A stretch of DNA of 64,000 nucleotides, taken from Lytechinus pictus. Lineage: Eukaryota. Every line of letters starts with the position of its first letter. Position 1 is the stretch's first letter. The notes under the pieces were generated by a model. That model saw only the letters and a list, made by a program, of their open reading frames with translations. It was not told where the DNA came from and searched no databases. The stretch is taken from positions 35,342,001 to 35,406,000 of the forward strand of contig NC_087245.1 in assembly GCF_037042905.1 (NCBI RefSeq), given 5' to 3'. Both the position numbers and the translations under genes were made by a program. This document shows, one piece after another, positions 1 through 15,300 of this stretch.

Positions 1-205
1 CACTCACTCACCCACCCAATCACTCACCACACTCACCCACTCACTCACCACACCCACCCACCCACTCACACTCACCCACCCACCCACCCACCCACCCACT
101 CACTCACTCACTCACTCACTCACTCACTCACTCACTCACTCTCACTCACCCACCCACTCACTCACCCACCCACCCACTCACTCACTCATCCACCATTCAC
201 TCAGT
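1..205. repeat. (CACT/CACC)n tetranucleotide microsatellite
   Basis: Directly visible. Confidence 0.95.
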
Positions 206-228
206 ATCATCATAATCTATAGTGATAC

Positions 229-344
229 CTTGCAGGGCTCTTGGCTGCTTTCTCTGAAGCAAGCTTAGCCTTCTTGGAACTTGGCATTCTACGAATACTG
301 TTTAATTCTGCAAGACACTTCTCCTTTTCACCTGGTGGTAGTTT
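229..344 (-). CDS. UBTF: UBF exon (KLPPGEKEKCLAELN...SPA)
   Basis: CAG acceptor, AG|GTATC donor; resembles the LPEEE.. segment after UBF box 3. Confidence 0.8.
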
Positions 345-3300
345 CTGGAGAAAACAAAACAAAACATGATGTTGTTCAAGAAAACCTGATGATGGTAACA
401 CTAAGCCTTTTCCAGAAACAAATGAATTCAGATTATAACTATTAATTTTGTGTTAGAAACTGGTTTCTTTTTCATGCTTTCTCAATAGCAATGAGGAGAC
501 TATTTCATGAAAGTTGTCAGCACTAACAAGTTGCCTTTGTATGACAGAAATACATGAGAAATTAAAAAAGTAAAAAATAAAATTTTTTTTTTTTAGTACA
601 TTTGATAAAAACCTACGAAGAGTCTGTGAATAAAAACTTGGCCTTTTTGAGTCTTTATTTAGTCAATCAAAGCAAACCTTTGATTTTAGGCATAAATTAG
701 CATAATAAATTAGTCACAAATTTTTTCAAAGAAGTTGATTCAGCGGTTTGGTAGATTATGCCATGGGTAATGTACGTGCCCATCATGCGAGTGACAATCG
801 AGATGAGTCTTCTTAGGTGTAAAAACATCCCAGTACTTATAAGAAACTATAAAAAATAGTTCTGTAAGTGTAAATTTATTCACATACCGTAGAATGTGAA
901 TATACAATACAAAAGTATTGTAGTGAGGGACTGGTAATATAAGTTATTACAGGGGAAGACACTGGTATGTATATTTACCTCAATATATTTCTCAAGTTCT
1001 CTTTCATAATGCTCCTTCATCTGTTGATCATGGAATAAAAATAATACAAATTACTCATTTATGACAAACAATCCACCATTGCATTCATGAACTACCTACA
1101 GCCTTATTGCGTATTCAAACCCTTGTGCCAAGGGATTTTTACACACATGTCACAAACATAAATTCACATGCATATCACTTGAAGTTCAACCTATCTTTTC
1201 ACACCGACTATGAATTAAATAAATTCATCTTCCCCATCAACTCACACCTCAAGATATGCTTCAGTAAAGCAACTGTTTCTTCAGTCATTAAAACTAAGTG
1301 TCATCCCAATCTCCCCCAAACACTTTCTTCTGTAAGTTGCCAATTTGAATTTAAATGATCTGTAAGTTGCCAATTTGAATTCAAATGATCAACCCCAATA
1401 CAGACAAATCTCAGGGAGAGCACCATCTATAAGCCTGTTCAGGGTTGTAAACTGCGCACGAGCAGAAAAAGGTCATTGGAGACAACCATGAAGGTGGCTT
1501 TCAAATTCACTGACATAGGCATTTGTGATTTGATTATTATTCATGTATTCCTTTCAAAATATTTATCACATCAAAGCTGAAGAGTAATAAATAGAGCTTT
1601 CATAATCACTGGTATTTGACAGTAGCCTAAACAATAGTCAAATGTGTCAAAGGCAGACAATGAAACAGATTTCCAAACTTTATCCCTGATGTACTATTCT
1701 AGTCACCTGGTCTATACAATGCCTTTTGTTCTTAGAATTTGAATACTCTACCGGTAAAGCTTACGCAACATGTACATTTGAAAATGATAGTGCTTATCCT
1801 AATGAAAAATCTCAAAGGTCATTTGAGAAAAGTTGATCATGAGCTAACCGTGAACTGGCTTATTGTCCACAGGCAAAGATTTCAACATTAAGGTGCTGTT
1901 TGTGAAGTAGGGGGTATGAAGAGTGTAGAGTAATCCTTCAAACTGACAACATGGCCCCGCCTTACAAAGAGTTCCGAATGTACAATCAATCATAACTCTA
2001 TGGAAATCCATCAGAGCCATCATTTTTTCTACAGGAACAGGAAATTTGCAAAATATCCTTTGTAAACAATGGAGAACACACCAAATTGTCAAGAAATCAA
2101 TGAATTAATGGACATACATTCATATCAAGATTTTTTTTTAAACGAACATGCATTTTATATGTTGACTTTGCTGGCTTTCCATAGTTACGATTGATTGGAT
2201 CAATCGCAACTCTTTGTCAGACGGGACCTTGGTCTGTCTGGTGTAAGATTTGTCCATGTGACTATGGCATTGTTTACTTACCCTAGCTGCCTTCATCTTA
2301 TATTCTGCTTTACCCTTGTCACTAAGCTGGCTCCATCTTGTGCTACACTGCAACATCTTTTCCTTTGGAGAGACATCTTCCATCTGTTTGAGCATCTCGG
2401 AACAAAATAAACTGTATGCAGTCCTGCCAAAAAACACAAAATTTAACTCTTTGTTTAATAATATTGATGAAATGTAATACAAAAAAAAAAAAAACAGACT
2501 CAAGTTTGGGTAAATCCCCCACCCCAACAGGAAATGTCACTTTTTCAATTCATTACTAGATTTATATGAAAGTGAGTGCCTTAAGACAGTTATAAACTGT
2601 ATGCAGTCCTGTCACAAACACAAAATGTAACTCTTTGTTAAATAATATTGATGGAATGTTATACAACAAATACCGTGTTTACACGTGCATCGCCTTTTGG
2701 TTCAGAACCAAAAGCCGATGCAGAATTGGCGTTTGGTTTATCTTGCACCTCGTTTACACGCTGTCACAGCTCGCGGTGCAGAATTGACTCGCCTGGCAAA
2801 AACCTGAAATGATCCGCGCACCATCAATATACGTCATAATAAAGACGCTAGATCCGTGCGCTTACAAGTACGTCATAATGGTAAAGTAAATGAAATGCGC
2901 GCTAATTGCCGATGCAGAATTGGCTTTCTGTTTACATGTTTTAAAAAAGCCGATTCTGCATCGGCTCGCGGTTCTGAACCTACTACTTTGGTGGTGCAAA
3001 ATTGCCGATTCTGCACCGAAAGCCGATGCAAGTTAATCGCGTTTACATGAAAAAAAAAAGGTTCTGAACCACAAGCCGATGCAGCGTGTAAACACAGTAA
3101 AACAGACTCAAGTTTGGGTAAAATCCCCCACCCCAACAGCGAATGTCACTTTTTCAATTCATTACTAGATTTATATGAAAGTGAGTGCCTTAAGACGGTT
3201 ATAATGCAAAGGGTATGAAATTTCTAAAGCATGGAATTGACTGAAATTTAATGTTATAATCTTCATAGCATTCTGATATATCCAATCCCTACAATTGTAA

Positions 3301-6300
3301 GATGAACGCTCAAAGGCCATTTTGAAAGAAAAATAACAACATTACAGAGAGGGTCTCTCATGCCTTAAATTGAGGATTCCAATCTCCATGAAGTTGTCCG
3401 TTGAAAAAAATTTAATTGCCATTAAACTTGTAAGATTGGTCTTAGATACTCTATGATGATTTACACAAATGACCATTCACTAAAGATGGGTTTTACAAAA
3501 TGGATAAAAAAACTAGTTTTCTTACATGGGTGGTTTAGATGGCCTGCCCTCTTGATGTTCTTTGATACCAAGCTCTTTTTTGGTGAGAAGAGGTTTCTGA
3601 TTTGTAGGGACCTTGAAAGCAGGATGGTTCTCTATAAATGTCACCATCGCTTTCTGTAAAATAAAAAACATCAATTCATTTATCGACAATGATGCTAAAT
3701 GTAGATATTACAGTTTCATTCAACATTGCAGGTAACATTATATATCAGGTGAAGAAAATTTTTCTAACGACTGTTAGAAAGGTTCATAAAACATAGGATC
3801 CTCCAATAAGATGAGAAAAATGATTAGAGAGAAGAGTGTCTTTGCAATTGTTTCTGTCAAAACAAAGCAAAGAAGTATTATGCCTTTATTAAAAGAGAGA
3901 TTTTCATATTTGTTTGATGGACAAATGCTTTAAGTTACAGAACAGATTTTTTCATTTAGGTATAAATGATTCAATAAATAATTCAAGACATTTTTCAAAC
4001 AAGTTGGAATAAAAAAGCAATCAAATAATTCAACTGATCTAATGACACAACCAAAATGACTGACAGATTTCACATAGGGAAATGTACGAAAGGGAAAGTG
4101 AAACATTTTCTCCTCTAAATAGATCAAATGTAACAATGAGAGTAATGACCAAGCTGAAGTTGGTTAAGAGTGAACAAATATCTCAACTCTACAGAAAAAT
4201 AACAAGAACAAACTGATAACACCATAATCTAAATATTCTGACAATTTTTTTTTCACTCTTCAGAAATGATTTGAATCCTTGTGCAATATAGCATCGCTGG
4301 GCTGTTAATAACATCTCAACATCTGTAAAGTTTGAGGTCATCTCAGAAAAAGGTAGAAATATGTCAATGATGGCAACCTCATAATGTATGAAAACAGACT
4401 CATATAAACTCCTGTAGAGAAACAAGCTTGCTACTTGTGTCATTACTCTCATATCAACTTTTTCTAGCTCTTTTTTATTTATTTTTATTTTGAGATACAA
4501 GTTTTTTTTTAACCAGCCCAGCAATGTAAGAATTTTCCCCTGTACTCACATCGTAGTTTGGTTTCTCTGCAATGGAGGCAAGGATCCATTTCATTCTCTT
4601 TCGTTCAGAGAGAGCATTCCATTCTTGTCTCATCTTTGATTCAGCTTCTCCTTTGGTCACCTAGTTAAATGAATGTATAATACAGTTGCTTTGCATCATT
4701 TTTTCGTACGAAAAGCAACAGTGTTAAAAATAACAATACAGATACATTTTATATAAGGTATAAGAAAAGAGAGCCTAGGACATGATCATAATACACACAA
4801 AGGACAGATTAAGCCAAAATAAAGAAATAAATAAGAAATGCACTGTCGCCAAAGACTATGAATTATCAGCCACTTTTCAGGCCTGTATTTCCTTTATCTA
4901 GATTTGTATATTGAAACTTTCATATATTTCCAAACCTTAAATTTAGTTTAGTTCAGTTCATTTATTTTCCATTAAAAACTGAATCAAAATAAACACATAC
5001 AAAATTCATGAATAGAAATCGGAAGGACCCAAAAAAGCATAGCTTGCGAGGATGGGGCCCTGTACAATAATTGACAAAACAAAACAGATCTTAACCCTAA
5101 AAGGACTGGGCTATTTGAGGTGTTGAGGACGGGGGGGGGGGGCCATGATGGCCCCCCTTCTGATCTCGGCCGCCGTTCGTGCGATCGCGCCGAAATTTGG
5201 CACGCACATTCTTTACCACATAAACTACAAGATAGTATAAAAAAAGTCTGAAAATAATTATTTTTTATTATTATGAATAAAATATGCAAATTTATTAATG
5301 TAGGGACAGTGATTTTCCGTTTCAAACAAGTGGAACCCCTCTGGCAGTCTCGCCTGCATTACGCGATTTATACCAGCAGTGCTGACTTTGAAAACAGCTA
5401 TAAAATAATTACTCATAAAAGAAAACACTCATATGATAACAAGATACTATGTCCATTTACCCAACATGACCTTTGAACATGATCATGTGACCTCAGACAT
5501 GTGCAAAACAACTCGATTACCCTTATGTCTATGTTTCATGAACTACATGTGTAGATCCATAAACTTTCTAAGTTATGATGTCAATTCAACAATTCCCCCC
5601 AACACGGCCAAAGTTCATTGACCCTAAATGACCTTTGATTTTGGTCATGTGACCTGAAAAAAGCACAGGATGTTTAGGAATACATAATTGCTCTTATGTC
5701 TAAGTTTAATCAACTAGATCCATAAAATTTCAAAGTTATGATGACGATTACACAAATACCCCCAACATGGTCAAAGTTCGTTGACCCTAAGTGACCTTTG
5801 ACCTTGGTCATGTGACCTGAAACTTAAGCAGGATCTTCAATGATACAATATCACCCTTATGTCCAAGTTTCATGAACTAGGGCCATATGCTTTCTAAGTT
5901 TTGACGACATTTCAAAAACTTAACCTTGGTTAAGATTTCGATATTGATTCCCCCAACATGGTCTAAGTTCATGTGATTGTAAACAAACCATCCAAAATGC
6001 CGATTGAGAGCTGTGCAACACGTGCATCTACTCTTTCGGCCAAGGCGAGTAAGCAATGTGTGTTTGTGAAGGTTTGTTTACAATCACATACGAGCTACGC
6101 ATGTTGGGGATGATATTTCACATCTAATTCAAATTTACCTCAACGTTTTGCTTCAAAAAAGGTTTTATCGTAATTTAAAAATAGTACGAGGTGTTACTAT
6201 ATTTTTATATAGATATATAATTCCCCGAGTTTCGTAATTTTGTCAAAATAATGAGATAGAAATCATATCTCACAGAACGAGTGACAATTTATGCCAGCCA

Positions 6301-9300
6301 CGTGAAGTTTATCGTCGGTAAAATATCGTCTGCTGCTAATCGTTGAGTTGATTTGCCTTCAGATTCGGATATATTCACTTGTTTGTAAGTACAGTTATAT
6401 CATTATTTTCCTTCTTTAGAGCCTTGACAGAGGGAAGAGACTCTGTATGGATGGTCAGGCTGGAATTTTCATGGATTTATTTTGGCCCACGTGCAGCTAG
6501 CACTAGCAGCTGCATGAGTTGGTAGCTAATCGGCATGCAAGTTGAATTGTTCGACTCATCATCATAGACGTAATTCCCCTAATTTACCTCCATCCACGTC
6601 ACTAGAGCTAAAAACTTCATCATCATTCTCTTCATCTTCAAAATCATCAATTTGAAAATCCAAAATCTGGATAAACTTCTGGGTTTTCTTTCATTTTGTG
6701 ATCGAAGTATTCAGTGACAGTTTGGGGAAAACGTACTCTCGCAACAGGTTTTGCATGCAAGTGAAGCTTGACGTGGGAGAGCCAATCACGTCTCTCGTAC
6801 ACTCATACATGTCATCAAATTCGAGTCAATTCAGAGACCGATGGGAGGCGTATTTCGGAGAGGCATTTTAGCGCTTTTTAATTGGCGATTTCCACCTTAT
6901 GTATTACATTTGTTATTTTTGAATGACCAAATGATAAACCCCACATCATGACCTTTCCACTGATATATAATAAGGCCATATTCATAATCAATATATTTCT
7001 CCTTTAAATTCTGTAAAAGTCATTTTGAGATCGTCCCCACAACTGGAATTTATCTTTAATGAAAAACATTATTTGCATATTTAACACCCTATTTCACTTC
7101 AAATTTTCTTCTTTTTTTGTGCAGATTTCATCTTTGTAATCTAATTTAAAGGTTTCCACAAAGAAAAATTGCGAAACGTAATTTTTTCCACATGTATTTC
7201 TTTGTTTTTAGAATTTCTTATGTATTTCCCTGTTTTTTCATCTTTTGTTTTTCATTGTTTTTTTCAATGGAAATTATTACAGACCATTTAACAAGTAAAT
7301 TAAACCCTAAATTAATTAAGCAGACCAATTAGAACTAAAAATAATCCCCCTTTTATGAATTTCATCTCCCATAGACTTTGTACACAAAGTATAAAAATGA
7401 GCCATTTTTTAGCATGACACTGCCTCATAAAAAGTCACATGACGTCGCGATGGTATACCCGTATGTCGCGAGTTCGGTCTCAAAAGTTGCGCGAGACTTC
7501 AAAGAAAAAAGTCATAACATTTTGCGGCGCTATCTTTTTGCGTTTCGGAAATATCGCGCGAAGCGTCGAGGGGGGGCCAGCATGGCCCCCCCAGTCCTAT
7601 TAGGGTTAACCATTAAGAGCTATGAAAATAATAGTACCAAGGAGTATTTCTCAATTTTCTTGCTTAAATTTTTGGACCAAACAGTATAATCACAGCTGCA
7701 ATGCATCCATTTTGTTCTGTTTTGTTTACTCCACTACAGAATTGCCGCGATGGCAAACAGAACGAAATGGTTGCACCCGTGCACAGGGATTTTAACTTAT
7801 CATTACGATTAAGAGATTTGGATTACCTGTGGATTATCTGTAAGCAATTGTGCATGTCTCTTCACTGAGTATAACTTGTATGGGGTGGGCAGGGGAGGGG
7901 GCTTAGATGCCCCTTTGCTTGCCTTCAACTGGGCTTTGTAATCCGGATGGTCGTCACTAAAAAAAAAAACCAGAGGAAATAATTGTTATAACACTGGCTA
8001 GTATGGCTAGGATACGAGGCATATTAGTAGCAATATTAATAGAAGTTGAATGAATTTGAAATACATATCACCAGTATCCAAATCAAAAGAGCGAGATTCC
8101 TTGTTAAAAGGATTTTTGCGATACAGTCAAAACTGTATGTGTGTAAATATATATCTATGTCAATCTCAATAAGAGAAATAAGGCTGATATATGATCTATA
8201 TTCCTAAGTCATAATTGACAAGACCCCTCTCTAAATCAATTATTTCTTAACCCTATCCACTAAGCGTGGACCAGTGATTTACAGAAATTTGTGTATATAT
8301 CAGAGTGTATCAATTATTGATAGCCAAATTGAATTGGGGCAAATTTCACTTAACACCAATTCACAGAGTATCTAATTTTTCATTGTGTTACCATTTTAGC
8401 TGAAACTTTTAGATCAAAATCACTTGAATTTTCAGAATCATTAGAGGGTAATACTCACTAAAACTTCTCCATAGCTTGCTCATATGCCCTCGTCTCGATC
8501 TCATACCTCTGAAAATATTTATTCTGTGGATGCAAGGGACAACAGAGAGATAAATATTTATCAGAATAGTAATTCTGCAGGAAACTGTAGTTTGAAATAC
8601 TAGCTTCAATCTACTAAATTCCTCAAATTTCTGTTCCCATATGCTCAGTACCTAATATGGACAAAGAACTGCTGGCTTTTCATAGGTGTGATTGATGGGA
8701 TCAATTGCACTACTTTGTAAGACGGGGACAAGATGTTAACTAAATTAAACAACTAACACAGCTCTGAAAATTTACACGACAGCCAGTGTCATGAATAATT
8801 ACAAGTCACTCAAAACCCAGAGGAAACATCACGTTGCACAAACAGCAGGGGCCCGTAACACAAAACTTGGCAATGATCGTAGAAATCAAGCTTACGATCA
8901 ATTGCTAACCTTTGTATTACGGAACCCAGATCAATGCATTGTCACCTCTATTTTATGCCATGATCCTATCACAGCCCTTCAGAGAAACGACATTGACCAA
9001 TTATCTGGGCTATGTTAAAAGAGCTTGATCATCAGGCTGGTTTGATTACATTGATCATTATGTGCAATCAAACATACAAATCACATGTACGATCAACCAC
9101 CAAGTGCTTTGTGTTACAGCCCTCTCTCGTGACTACCCCAGAGCTGCCAACCTTGTGCAAGCAAAAAAAGGAATCATTATGGCCAAAAAAAGGAATTTCC
9201 AACCAAAAAAAAGGAATGTGTTAAAACGAACTTTAAAACCACACGCGACAAATATCCAATGCAAAAAGTATGTATGCAGTGAACAATTAAAAAAAATTGA

Positions 9301-12300
9301 ATCTCTAGGCCTAGTCTGGGCCAAGTAACCGAGTGTTACAAATTGGACCCTTAGTCTTGGGCCTGTTTTGACAAAATCTACCAACTTTAATAAAGTCAGT
9401 AGCAGGGCAAGAATTGAGAGGGGCAAGGCCATTTTTAGAAGGACACTTTCAGCTTGGGGCAACCGGCAAAGTGGCCTTGGATGCCCCAACATTTCAAGGG
9501 GCATCAACACCATTCTAAAGGGCATGAAGGCCACTTTTATTCTAGTCAAAAGGGCACCAAGGCAAATTTTTCAAAAAAAGACAAGTAGGACTTTAATTTT
9601 GTAGTGCAACCTACTCCGGCACTTCCTTATCAGAGTAAAGATCTGTCTAGAAAAAATTCTTTCAGGGGCACCAAAATCAGTTCTGGTGAACATTTTTAGG
9701 GCTCCATTTTTCTGGGGCTACCTTTCCACTTTTAAAATAATACATTGTTTTGTGTTGACTTTCCTCACAAACTACCAAACTGTAGACTAAGAGAAATAAA
9801 AAAAAAGTTCACATCAATTCAGCCTTCTCTTCCCAAGTAACATTGTTTTTGCCAAACAGTACCCTTTAAAATTAAAGTGTCATAAAATGGAAGAACATGT
9901 TACATTCCACAAATATAAAAAAATTATTCATAAATCAATCTAATCTAAAATTCAATAAATCTAGAAGTTGAAATCATTCCACAAAAGTACCATCGTAGAT
10001 CACTTCACGATGTACACAGCTCAGCCTCAATCACACTGCACGCACACTCAATCATCCCCAACAGTGACAGCACTATAGAGCAGACATCTAGGCCGCCAGA
10101 ACCGGGGAAGAAATCTTCCCATTCCTGCTAAACTGAATGCTACAGTGCCGACTTTTTAAAAAGAATTCCAAAAGCAGTAGGACATCTCTCTAGTATAAAC
10201 CATGTGAAACTATCAATATCATCCAGAATTAGTACTTCAGGGGACAATGAAGAGCTTTCAAGGTCTTTTCAAAGCCGAATTTCTCGTATTTGTTTGATAC
10301 GAGTTGATGAAAATTAACCAGACAGTACCATTATCCGAAGGGAATTTATGTTAATCAATTCAAGAAAATAGCCTCAAAATTTCATTTCTTTATCACAATT
10401 AATTTAAAAGTATATGAAAAATATCTTTAGATGATTCCATCTTTTAATATATATATGATGAGTATTTTTGTAAAATTTTGCAAATGGAATAATAATTTTC
10501 CCTCAAACCTCCAAATCCCCCTCCATTATAAATGGACTCTTCTCTTACTACATTTGGGGAACTACCCTACCCAATTCATCGTACTCCTCGCTCTGCGCTG
10601 CAGAAAGAACGTACAACGTATTAGCAGTAGCGTTAGATCTATCATTCGGCGGAAATCCGATTTTCGGATCGTTTTTTTGTACATAAAACATCACTTTATA
10701 GGAAAGAAATTACATGCAAATTTAAGATAAGATATATAAACTTCATAAATATCGTACCTTAGACCGCAGTTACTGCTATTTCCTTTCAAATGATGATCAA
10801 AACATAATCATCCTCGATCCTTTCGTTGGTCAACGTAAGTTGCCATCTTGAATGACGTCATCATCCTTACAGACGTATTTACCAGTCGCTATACATCGCG
10901 ATTCGTGCCATGCATGCCGCTTGCATGTTCAACTATAAACGTATATGTACGCGCGCTATCAAATTATTAAAGTGCGTTGGAAAACCGGCCGGCGGGCGAC
11001 TACGCACGCGCAAGTACCAGGCTCATCTCGGGCTCAACACGCACTACACATACATACAATTATGTACACACATTATCAAAATTGTCAAAAAACGTAATTT
11101 GAAAAGAAAAAACATAATGCCGTAAATTGAATGAAAAAAAGTTATGATTACGGCATAAACGTAATGGTTGGCAGCTCTGCTACCCACCCTCTTCTTCTCT
11201 TGCAATTCTTTGAACTTGATGGACAGCATCTGTGTGATCTGGACTTGAGACATGGTGGAATGTTTCTCCTTCATCTTCTTGTTCTTCTCCTTGTAGAACA
11301 TGAAGAACGGCGTCAAGGGCTTCTTTGGCATGTCTGGATGGACCTGTAAATTCAAGTACAGTAGACTATGTTAAGTTCATCTTCCATTACAATTATGCAA
11401 ACTTGTGTTCATTACATCATCAAAATTGAATTTTGGCTTAGCCAAAAAGATTTCAGAGGATGAGAGGTTCCCAAGAGATTCAACATAAGTAGATTAAACT
11501 ATTTGTATATTCTTTGTAAAAGCTTTAATAGTTGGAGGGAACACACTTAGGAAACTAGCTGCTTGTGTGCAAAAGTGTTTTGAAAACTGATCAAGGGTAT
11601 TCCTACTTTAATCATTGTCACCTGACACCATCATCTTGGCTAATCACCATTGTAAGCATCATCCCAATCGCTATTATAATTATGACCAGCACCATAATCA
11701 TCACAACCACCACCACCACCACCACAGTCATCATCATCATCATCATCCTCATTTATATCGATGATTGAGAGAGTATAGTGGATGAAATCTTACCAGTTTT
11801 TTAATAATGTAGTTTGGAGTTTGGACCAGGGCTGCTGCTTCATTAGCAACATCTGCCAAGGTTTTGTACTTACGGATCTGGAAGATGTGAGAAAAATACA
11901 GGATATAAGTAGGAATAGACAATACTGAAGTCAAAATAACCTGTCATCATTTTACTTTGGGAACAGTTTTTATCAAGTGACAATTTTCTTTCTTTGGTCC
12001 GGCAAAAAAATGTGCTGGCCGGAAATCCAAGATGTTCGCCACTCACCCAGAAAATCACGTTTTTGGTCAAAACATTGACATTTTGTGGAATTTTCACATG
12101 CTTTTTATGCATACAGGAAGTGTCACAGATGATTAGAAGTTGACTCTATACAATGATTTACGAAATTTCATAATTTTTCTTGCAGATATATTGCATTGAC
12201 GATCGTGAATACATGGTCATGGTTTGATCCAAAGTTTTGATCCCACGTACACACCACATGCACAAGCCAGAAGAAAATATTAGGATCACTAGACGGTGTT

Positions 12301-15300
12301 GGGGGTACTTTTTCATCTTATTCGGAGTGTGTTGAATGATGGGGAAATACTAGTATGTGGAGCGCATACATGTTCTTTTTATTATTTTTTTAAATTTAAA
12401 AACCTGGAGGTCTTCTGAGAATTTTTTTAAATCTGGTTTCCGCACAATAATGTGGTGTGATAAATCACTAAAAAACACAAAAGAGAAAAATATTGGTGAA
12501 GCAAAAATTTAGAATGTTGTTACTTTCTTATTTTGCATCCTATTTTAATGAAATTTTCAGCGTTATGCTCGTTTAATTTTTCTCTATTGTGATTCAAATC
12601 AACATTTTTCTGGGGTGGACGTGACCTTCAATTTTTGCCTGCCCTAAATGACCTTTGACCTTGGTCATGTAACCTGAAACTCAAGCAGGATATTTGCTTA
12701 TTTTCATTTCATGAACTAGATCCATATACTTTAAATGATGGCATTTCAAAAACTTAACCTTAGATAACCCTAACAAGGCAAAAGTGATTTTGTGTCTCGC
12801 CCACTTATGAAAATAACCAGAAATATCGTGATTTGCGAGGGCACGCAACAGACTTGTATGATAACTTGATTGTGAAATGACTGGGATGGAATAACACTTG
12901 TCATAAGAGTCTTGCACATAAACTTCAATGTTACCCTCAAATGAACTTTGACCATACCATGTGACCTCCCAACACAATAGCATGCAGGTCCCCTAAGTAC
13001 ATCTACCATCCAAGTTTGGTTGAAAAGTGATTTACGGTTGCATAGTTGTGTCATAAGAGTCTTGCATGTAAACTTTAACGTTGACCTGAAAATGACCTTT
13101 GACCTTACCATGTGACATCTGAATGCAGCCTAACATGCAGGTCCCCAAAGTCCATCTACCATCCAAGTTTGGTTGAAAAGTGACTTACGGTTGTGAAGTT
13201 AGGTGTCATAAGAGAGTCTTGCATGCAAACTTTAACGTTGACCTAAAAATGACCTTTGACCTTACCATGTGACCTCCGACTGCAGCATAACATGCAGGTT
13301 CCCAAAGTCCATCTACCATCCAAGTTTGGTTGAAAAGTGACTTAGAGTTGCAGAGTTAGGTGTCATAAGAGAGTCTTGCATGTAAACTTTAACGTTGACC
13401 TGAAAATGACCTTTGACCTTACCATGTGAACTCCGACTGCAGCACGACATGCAGGTTCCCAAAGTCCATCTACCATCCAAGTTTGGTTGAAAAGTGACTT
13501 ACGGTTGTGGAGTTATGTGTCATTAGGTTTGTGACGGACGGACGTCATTTGGATCCCTAAGTCTCGCCTTCACCTCTGGTGGGCGAGACAATATAACTGT
13601 GGGAGGGCTGATTCAGCCCCCCTCGACATTTCTCATGATCCACTGTGCGAATTTTTTGACTGCGTCGCTTACTGACCTTTTACTTTCAAGTCTAACGCAA
13701 CTTTTGAGACCAGGATTGTGACCTCCGCGTACCCGGTTCCGAAATTACTCAACATTTCATAACCCTAAGTTGTTCAAAATATAAATTTGTGAACAATCAA
13801 ATGCAAATAGTGTTTTTAGACAAAATTCATAAATGTATGATTATTTCTCATTTTATTGATCTTTTTATGGTCAAAATAAAGTCCTTAACAATTTCCATTA
13901 AAATAAAAATAAAAAAACAAAAAGTCTAAATACAGAGAAATACAAAAAACTTAATTTAGTAAGCAATAAAATACATAAGAAAATAATTGTGATATTGAAT
14001 TTTTTTCAGGGTACATTTGATAAGAATCCAAATAAGAGTCGAACACAAAAATAGCATCTTAAGAGCCTTATTTAGTTAATTAGAACTAACTTTTGATTTT
14101 ACGCATAAATTAGCATAATTTATTAGAAATGAAATTTTATGAAGAATTTGATCTTACGGTTTTTAGATTATGCCATGGGCAACAGGTGTGCCAATTTTTG
14201 TCAAGATTGCGCAATTATGGCAGAGATCAGGGGGGGAGCTGATTCAGCCCCTCCAGTAATCTTAGGCATCGAAATAGTTTTATTAGGGCTAAGAATTTAA
14301 GATTTTGATGTTGATTCCCCCAACATGGCCTAAGTTCATTGACCCAATATGACCCTTATGGCCAAGTTTCAGGAATTAGGTCCATATACTTTCTAAGTTA
14401 TGATGATATTTCAAAAACTTAACCTTAAGTTAGGTTAAGATTTCAATGTTGACAACACCACCATCACCATCAGGAAGTAGCACCTATAGTCTCGCTATGC
14501 TATTCAGGCGAGACAAAAACCAGACATAACTGGCCAATGGGTGGTACTGAACTTATATGCTTTCAAGACTTTTTTCACCATGCAAACCCAATAAATACAA
14601 GTTGAATAATATTGGTATTAAAGGTACATGCAAGAAAGTGATCTACCTCTGCCTGTATGCTGTTCCATTCATTCTTACAGTCCTCTGCAGTGTAGGTACC
14701 AAATTGGACTAAGTTCCAGTCTAACTTTGAGACCCTGGACTTGTAGGACTGGTTATCCTTCTTTGGAGCCTGTTTCTTGATGCTTGCTATCAAGGTCAGT
14801 CTATCCTGAAGCAAGAATTTCAGACCTACATGTTGAGTAGACACAATGGGAGGAAATGAGAATGGAAATGGGTACAATGAAGAAATCCCGAAATATGTCA
14901 CTTGAAGTCTCTACGAGTCACCTTGCATTTCTATGTCATGATTGTCATCATTATTCCAATACTTAACATCATTTGGCTCTTCTTTCTTTAGACGAATACA
15001 AAACATACACATTTTCATTTGTTTCACTAAACAATGAAGTGGTTGTTGATTCTTAATACAACATGTTTTAAGTCAGCACCATCATCATCTTCATTTTTAT
15101 TTCCAAATTTGTTATCAGTGGTCTTTTGTTGATAATGATGGTATTAATATTGTAATTTTTGTTAATGACTTTATTCTCTCCATAATAACATCCTTGTCAT
15201 TATTCATTATGCTGATTATGCTGTCCAGTAGTGAACACCATGCCTACGAAGTATCCATACTTACCTATTCCCTTAAATGCCATCCGATGGCCACGCTCAA

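Noticed and set aside
9062..9604. Overlapping ORFs of 78-138 aa in a UBF intron
   Set aside because: No motifs or fitting splice phases; the region looks like a repeat with GGGCA motifs.
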